Below are positions 58,828 to 64,000 of a stretch of DNA of 64,000 nucleotides, in pieces (positions within the stretch are counted from its first letter, which is position 1; each line of letters begins with the position of its first letter). A program made the translations under genes and the position numbers. The stretch is from Gemmatimonadales bacterium (GTDB taxonomy: Bacteria > Gemmatimonadota > Gemmatimonadetes > Gemmatimonadales > GWC2-71-9). The DNA is taken from the NCBI GenBank assembly GCA_037189525.1, contig JBBCJC010000002.1, positions 288,001 to 352,000 on the forward strand, in the 5' to 3' direction. The notes below the pieces were generated by a model that saw nothing but the letters and a program-made list of their open reading frames with translations, was not told the DNA's origin and did not search any database.

Positions 58828-59859
58828 TCAACCACCCGCGTCCGCGCGTAGCAAGCGAGCGCGACTGACACTGAGTAACGCCACGACGATGATGACGGCC
58901 TGGACCACGTAGACCGCGACCGCCGGGACGCCCGCCTCACGCTGCATCCCCGCCGCCCCGGCCTCGAGCGCCCCGAAGCCGAGTCCGGCCACGATGACAC
59001 CGAGCGGATGTAACCGCGCAATCAGCGCCACCGCAATCGCCGTGAACCCGTACCCCGGCGACAGGTTCGCATAGAGCGCATAGGTCACGCCCGAGACCTC
59101 GAAGGCGCCGGCGAGTCCGGCCAGTCCGCCGGAGATCGCCAGCGCGAGGGCCAGCACCCGAGGCGCGTCGATCCGGCCCGATACCCACGACGCGCGGGGC
59201 GATTCGCCGACCGCGCGGAGACGGAAACCCCAGGCGCTTCGGGTGAACAGAATCCAGAAGATCAGCCCCAGCACCAGGACGACGAGCAGCCCCAGATGCA
59301 GCCGCGAGCCCGGCAGCACCGGCAGGCGCGCAGCGGCGGGGATTGGATCACTTTGCGGATAGATCCGGCTGGCTTCCTGGAGCGGTCCGTGCACCATGAA
59401 ACTGACCACCGCCTCCGCGACGAAGTTGAGCAACAGGGTGCTGATCACTTCGAGCACGCCGAACCGGAGGCGCAACCAGATCGGGACCGCAATCCAGATC
59501 ACGCCAGCCAGGCAGCCGGTCAGCGCCACGGCAACGATGGCGACGGGGCCGGGCCAGCCGCCGACCTGCATCGCCATCCAGGTCGCCCCCACCGCCCCGA
59601 CCGTAAACTGCCCCTCGGCGCCGATGTTGAGCCCGCCGGCTCGAAAGGCCACCGCGAGACCGAGTCCGATGAGGATCAAGGGAACGGCCCGGACCAGGGT
59701 CGCCGACCCGAACGCATACCATGACCCGAAGGCGCCCCGCCAGAGCGCACCGAGCGCGAGGGGCGCGTCGTATCCGAGAACGGCAAGGCCCAGCATCAGC
59801 AGGAGCAGCCCGGCCAGCACCGCGGCAATCGGAACGAGGAGCGGACGCAGGTACCTCAC
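58828..59859 (-). CDS. Nucleoside/simple-sugar ABC permease
   Basis: FRAGGLNIGAEGQ; EVISTLLLN; GYGFTAIAVAL. Confidence 0.9.
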   Translation of the reverse strand: MRYLRPLLVPIAAVLAGLLLLMLGLAVLGYDAPLALGALWRGAFGSWYAFGSATLVRAVPLILIGLGLAVAFRAGGLNIGAEGQFTVGAVGATWMAMQVGGWPGPVAIVAVALTGCLAGVIWIAVPIWLRLRFGVLEVISTLLLNFVAEAVVSFMVHGPLQEASRIYPQSDPIPAAARLPVLPGSRLHLGLLVVLVLGLIFWILFTRSAWGFRLRAVGESPRASWVSGRIDAPRVLALALAISGGLAGLAGAFEVSGVTYALYANLSPGYGFTAIAVALIARLHPLGVIVAGLGFGALEAGAAGMQREAGVPAVAVYVVQAVIIVVALLSVSRARLLRADAGG

Positions 59860-61271
59860 CCTGCCCCCTCGAGCATCAGCCGTCCCAGCTGCTCTCGCGT
59901 CGTTGCTTCGGGAACCGGCAGCACCACGCCACGATGCACGACCACGATCCGGCTGGCGAGTTCGAGAACTTCGTCCAGGTCGGTCGAATAGACCAGGACG
60001 CCGGCGCCCTCGGCAGCTGCGCTCCGCAATCGCGCGTGGACGGCCGCAGCCGCTTGAAAGTCCAGACCCCGGGTCGGATTCTCCGCAACGACCACTCGGG
60101 GAGCCAGATCGAGCGCCCGGGCCAGGATCAGTTTCTGCTGGTTGCCCCCCGACAGGGTTCGGGCCGGAACATCCGCGCCCGGCGCCCGCACATCATGCGC
60201 ACCAAGCAGATACTCGGTGCGCTCGGCCGCACCCCGCCAGTCGATCCAGCCTCGCCGAGTCCACCGCCCGAGCTGGCCCAGCACGAGGTTCTCGGTCAGG
60301 CTGAAGCCCGGTATCAAGCCCTCGGTGGTTCGATCACCCGGAATGAAGGCCACCGGCGGCATCACGACGTCGGCAGCGGCTCGGGGCACCACGCCCGCGA
60401 TGCGCCGGAGCAGTTCCCATTCTCCGTTGCCCTCGACCGCCGCGACACCGACGATCTCGCCGGCGCGAACGGCGACACCGGACACCTGCACGACGATGTC
60501 GCCAGTCTGAGCCGATACCTCGGACCGCTCCTCGAGACCGGCCCCGGAGCCGAGCATTGCCGCGGCCAGGGTGGAGGCGGTCTGTTCCGCGACCGCACCC
60601 GACCAGACCACCTCGCCCCGCCGCAGTACCGTGACCCGGTCCGCCACTGCCAACGCCTCGGCCAGCTTATGGGTAATCAGGACCACCGCCCCGCCCTGGT
60701 CGGCGAACTCGCGGAGCAGTTGAAGCAACTCCGTGCTTTCCTCGTGGGTTAGCAGCCCGGTAGGCTCGTCGAGCAGGAGCACGCTGGCATCGGTCGCCAA
60801 CGCCTGCAGGATCTCCAGACGCTGCTTACCGCCGACGCCCAGATCCTCGGCGCGCACAGCCGGATCGAGTCCCTGCCAAAGCCTAGCCCGGGTGCGGTCG
60901 AGGCGATCGGAGGTCGAGGCCGAGGCGGGCGGGCTACCGACGGGATGGCGGACCTGGCCGGCAGCCAGCCAGAGGTTCTCCCGGACCGTCATGGCCGGCA
61001 CAGACGTGAAGTGCTGGTGGACCATCCCCAGGCCACGCGCCTTGGCATCGCGCGGACCGGCGAGACGCACGGTCTCCCCGCGAATCCGAATCGTTCCGCT
61101 GTCGGGCATGACCAGGCCGAACGCTATCTGCATCAGCGTCGATTTCCCCGCCCCGTTTTCGCCGAGCAAAGCATGGATTTCTCCGGGCGCCAGAACGAAA
61201 TCGGCCCCGTCCAGAGCCTGAACGGAGCCGTACCGCTTGCCGATGCCGGCGAGTTCGAGAACGGGAGTCAC
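59856..61271 (-). CDS. Nucleoside/simple-sugar ABC ATP-binding protein (double ATPase)
   Basis: GENGAGKST, MVHQHF, LSGGNQQK, PTRGLD. Confidence 0.92.
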   Translation of the reverse strand: MTPVLELAGIGKRYGSVQALDGADFVLAPGEIHALLGENGAGKSTLMQIAFGLVMPDSGTIRIRGETVRLAGPRDAKARGLGMVHQHFTSVPAMTVRENLWLAAGQVRHPVGSPPASASTSDRLDRTRARLWQGLDPAVRAEDLGVGGKQRLEILQALATDASVLLLDEPTGLLTHEESTELLQLLREFADQGGAVVLITHKLAEALAVADRVTVLRRGEVVWSGAVAEQTASTLAAAMLGSGAGLEERSEVSAQTGDIVVQVSGVAVRAGEIVGVAAVEGNGEWELLRRIAGVVPRAAADVVMPPVAFIPGDRTTEGLIPGFSLTENLVLGQLGRWTRRGWIDWRGAAERTEYLLGAHDVRAPGADVPARTLSGGNQQKLILARALDLAPRVVVAENPTRGLDFQAAAAVHARLRSAAAEGAGVLVYSTDLDEVLELASRIVVVHRGVVLPVPEATTREQLGRLMLEGAG

Positions 61272-62050
61272 AGTCCGGTGGGATGGTGATGAAACTCCCA
61301 GGGCAGATCGAACCGCTCCGCCAGGTGGGCAGCGAGCGCTTTGACCCCGACCTGCTCGGTTGCGTAGTGACCGGCAAAGATCGCATTCACCCCGAACTCG
61401 GTAGCATCGAAGTAGGTGTAGTGCGCCCCTTCGCCGGTGATGAAGAGATCGAGTCCCGCATCCCGGGCCGCGCCGATCCGCCCCCCCGCTCCGCCCGTGA
61501 TGATACCGACCCGCCGAACCCGTTCCGGACCGCCCGGAATGAGTCGGGCATCGGTATCCAGCAACTGATTGAGGCGCCCCACCAGATCCTCCCGCGCCGT
61601 CGGCTCGGCCAGCGTGCCCTGAACTCCCATCGGGATGCCCTTGTAGCTGTCGAAGGTCTCGAGCTGTTGGAGACCGAGCAGCTGCGCCAGAACAGCGTTG
61701 TTGCCGACTTCCGGATGGACATCGAGCGGGATGTGCGCCGAATAGAGCGGGATATCATGCCTCATCAGAGCAGACAGGCGACGATAACGGCGCCCGGTAA
61801 CCGGCAGATTGCCGTCCCAGAACAAGCCATGATGGACCAGCACGAGAGGCGGAGCCTCGAATCGCGCGGCGGCGGCGACCACACCGTCGATCGTGGCCTG
61901 ACTGGCATCGACCGCTGCAATGATCCCGCCCACCCAGCCGGAGCTGGCCACCTGCAGTCCGTTGACCGCGCCATTTTCGTCGGGCACTTCCCGAATCCGC
62001 AGGTAGCGGTCGAGATAGTCCGTCAGCGTCTCGAGGGCAATCCGCGCCAT
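61268..62050 (-). CDS. Nif3-like dinuclear metal-centre hexameric protein (YbgI/DUF34)
   Basis: NGLQV, VHHGLFW, HIPLDVHPEVGNN, GHYATE. Confidence 0.92.
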   Translation of the reverse strand: MARIALETLTDYLDRYLRIREVPDENGAVNGLQVASSGWVGGIIAAVDASQATIDGVVAAAARFEAPPLVLVHHGLFWDGNLPVTGRRYRRLSALMRHDIPLYSAHIPLDVHPEVGNNAVLAQLLGLQQLETFDSYKGIPMGVQGTLAEPTAREDLVGRLNQLLDTDARLIPGGPERVRRVGIITGGAGGRIGAARDAGLDLFITGEGAHYTYFDATEFGVNAIFAGHYATEQVGVKALAAHLAERFDLPWEFHHHPTGL

Positions 62051-62052
62051 GG

Positions 62053-63015
62053 TCAGTTGGCCGGTACCGGCGTCAACGTGCCGGCGATGATGGAATCGGC
62101 TGCGGCCCGAACCCGCGCTTCCAGGTCCGCGGGCACTGCTCCGGTGCGAGCTGGATTGGGAACGTATCGGATCACACCGCTCGCCAACCCGAAGGATTCG
62201 ACTTTCGGCACGAACGCGCCGGTGGCTACCTCCCGCGCCACTGCGAGGAGGGCGCGGGGCAGATCGAGGATGACGGAGCCCTGGACTCGCTCCGGGGCGA
62301 GGTCGGCCTGATCGGCGTTGGCGCCGAAGACAAAGACATCGTTGCTCTCCCGCGCCGCCTGGAAGACGCCCTTGGCGGCTTCATCGGCGTTGTGATGGAG
62401 CATGTCGACGCCGAGTCGAATCATCGCGAGCGCGGCCTCGCGACCGGCGGCCGCGTCATCGAAGGTGTTGAGATAGGTCACCCGCGATTCGACCGCGGGA
62501 TTGATGCGCTGCGCACCGTGCAGCCACCCCCGGTAGCCGCGCTGGATCGGCGGCAACTCGATTCCACCGACGAATCCGATGCGGCCGGTTCGGGAAAGGC
62601 CGGCCGCGTACATCCCGGCCAGGAAGGTGCCCTCTTCGATCCGGAACACCAGCGGCGCCACATTGCCTTCGACCCGTTCCCCCGAGGTCACGACGAAGAT
62701 CGTGCCGGGATATTCGCGGCTGACCCGTTCGGCCGGCTGCTGGAACTCGAACCCGTGACCGAAGACGATGCGATACCCGGACGCGGCATAGGCCCGGAGC
62801 GCCTCCTCCTGCGCACCTGGCGTTCTGGCTTCCTGGTGGCTGATCGACGCCTGCAGCGAATCGCGGATCCACTGGAGCCCCTGATAGGCGCCGGCATTCC
62901 AGGAGGCGTCCGCGACCGACCCGGGCGTGACCAGCGCAACGGTCAATCCGTCGCCGGTCGTCGCGCGGCCGCAGCCGACGAGCAGCGCGATTGCTCCGAA
63001 CGTGAGGCTACGCAT
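62053..63015 (-). CDS. BMP-family nucleoside-binding lipoprotein
   Basis: Lipobox LVGC, D.SWN...YQG, IVFGHGFEF, IGFVGG. Confidence 0.9.
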   Translation of the reverse strand: MRSLTFGAIALLVGCGRATTGDGLTVALVTPGSVADASWNAGAYQGLQWIRDSLQASISHQEARTPGAQEEALRAYAASGYRIVFGHGFEFQQPAERVSREYPGTIFVVTSGERVEGNVAPLVFRIEEGTFLAGMYAAGLSRTGRIGFVGGIELPPIQRGYRGWLHGAQRINPAVESRVTYLNTFDDAAAGREAALAMIRLGVDMLHHNADEAAKGVFQAARESNDVFVFGANADQADLAPERVQGSVILDLPRALLAVAREVATGAFVPKVESFGLASGVIRYVPNPARTGAVPADLEARVRAAADSIIAGTLTPVPAN

Positions 63016-63403
63016 TACCGGCGGTCGCCGCGGTTTCCATTCGGATGCCGCCATTGATGCACCCGCCTTCCTGAATCAGCAGTCGCGGCGCCACGATATC
63101 ACCGTGGATCTGCGCCGTGGCCTGGACTTCGACCCGCTCGGCTGCGATGACCGGGCCCAGGACCGTACCGGCAATCACCGCTTCCCGGGTCTCCAGGCCG
63201 CCCTCGACCACCCCTCCTTTGGAGACGAGGACCTGATGGCCGGCAATCACGTTGCCGGCCACACGGCCTTCGACGCGAATCACGCCCTCGGATCGCAGGT
63301 CACCGGTGATGACGAGATCACTTGCAACGATAGAAAAGGTGGCAGATTCCGCGCGACGACGCGAGGTGCCAGGGTCGGTTCCATTGGAGGAAAACATCCC
63401 CAT
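63008..63403 (-). CDS. Bactofilin (polymer-forming cytoskeletal protein)
   Basis: I.GDL...G.IRVEG.V.GNV..G.V.G repeats; GDI...RL.IQEG..ING. Confidence 0.9.
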   Translation of the reverse strand: MGMFSSNGTDPGTSRRRAESATFSIVASDLVITGDLRSEGVIRVEGRVAGNVIAGHQVLVSKGGVVEGGLETREAVIAGTVLGPVIAAERVEVQATAQIHGDIVAPRLLIQEGGCINGGIRMETAATAGNA

Positions 63404-63405
63404 GG

Positions 63406-63999
63406 TCAGCGTCCTTCCCGAATCAGAGTCAGCGGATCGACCGAGGTGCCTTCGCGGCGGATCTCGAGGTGGAGGTGCGGCGCCGAGGATCGCCCGGTGT
63501 TGCCACTGCGGCCGATCACTTCCCCGGCGGGGACCTGTCGCCCGACGGCCGTGGTGATCCGAGACATGTGTCCATACATCGATTCGTACCCGTCCGGATG
63601 CTCGATCAGCACGAACAGGCCGTAGTGAGGGTCATCGCCGGTCTGCCGAACGGTTCCCCCGCCGACCGCCCGAACCAGCGTCCCGACCGGCACCGCGAGA
63701 TCGATGCCGGGATGAGCTTCGTCCTGGGCTCCGGCCGGCACCTGGCCGCGAGTGAGATATCCGGCCTCGTCGAACGGCCAGTGCGCTGGCACCGAGGGAC
63801 CGGGTTGGAAGCGGCGCCGCGGTCCGCCGACCGTCACCTCGATGGCCGGTGCCACCAGGATCGCGCCGACGAAGCCGACCGGATCGGGAATCCTGTCGGC
63901 GCCAACCATGCTGCGCAGCTTGCCGTAGCTCCCTTCCATCGATTCGAGCGCCGCGGCCAGCTCGCGAATCCGCCCCGTTTCGAGCGTCAGCCGGCCGAT
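63406..63999 (-). CDS. M23 family metallopeptidase (5' end beyond window)
   Basis: HPGIDLA, YGHMS, GNTGRSSAPHLHLE; the frame stays open to the right edge. Confidence 0.9.
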   Translation of the reverse strand: MGRLTLETGRIRELAAALESMEGSYGKLRSMVGADRIPDPVGFVGAILVAPAIEVTVGGPRRRFQPGPSVPAHWPFDEAGYLTRGQVPAGAQDEAHPGIDLAVPVGTLVRAVGGGTVRQTGDDPHYGLFVLIEHPDGYESMYGHMSRITTAVGRQVPAGEVIGRSGNTGRSSAPHLHLEIRREGTSVDPLTLIREGR

Positions 64000-64000
64000 C

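Noticed and set aside
1..64000. CRISPR arrays, tRNA/rRNA genes, integrase or transposase
   Set aside because: None recognised by eye; covariance-model and HMM searches would be needed to exclude divergent ones.

Overview
High-GC bacterial chromosome segment. The gene content (Ser/Thr kinase-TolB/TPR protein, SusC/SusD, carboxypeptidase-regulatory-domain proteins, ADOP permease) suggests Gemmatimonadota; this is inference. Most of the window is ordinary: redox, peptidase and transport genes, a vapBC module, a TetR-TolC-HlyD-ABC efflux operon, a nucleoside ABC operon, and bactofilin/M23. Three things stand out. (1) A visibly lower-GC island (~38.6-51.8 kb) holds an unusual lasso-peptide cluster: fused RRE-peptidase B, lasso cyclase C, a 61-aa precursor at 41738-41923 (predicted core TIPGCTACDFNTDYAKGVFG, with a CxxC inside a Thr1-Asp9 ring), an FkbH-type glyceryl-transferase with no carrier protein, an S9 peptidase with Cys in place of the catalytic Ser, an orphan ABC permease, and two sensor-less sigma54-type AAA+ regulators (one frameshifted). 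(2) Two unannotated Cys/Met-rich leader peptides, each followed by a terminator hairpin, precede the LVIVD gene and susC. They look like tandem sulfur-amino-acid-sensing attenuators. (3) The island is bracketed by scars of a duplicated locus: three copies of an aminotransferase 3' end, a DUF885 5' stub, and a ~600-bp collapsed copy of the vapC-vapB-tetR-tolC-permease block. No tRNA, rRNA, CRISPR array, integrase or transposase was recognised.
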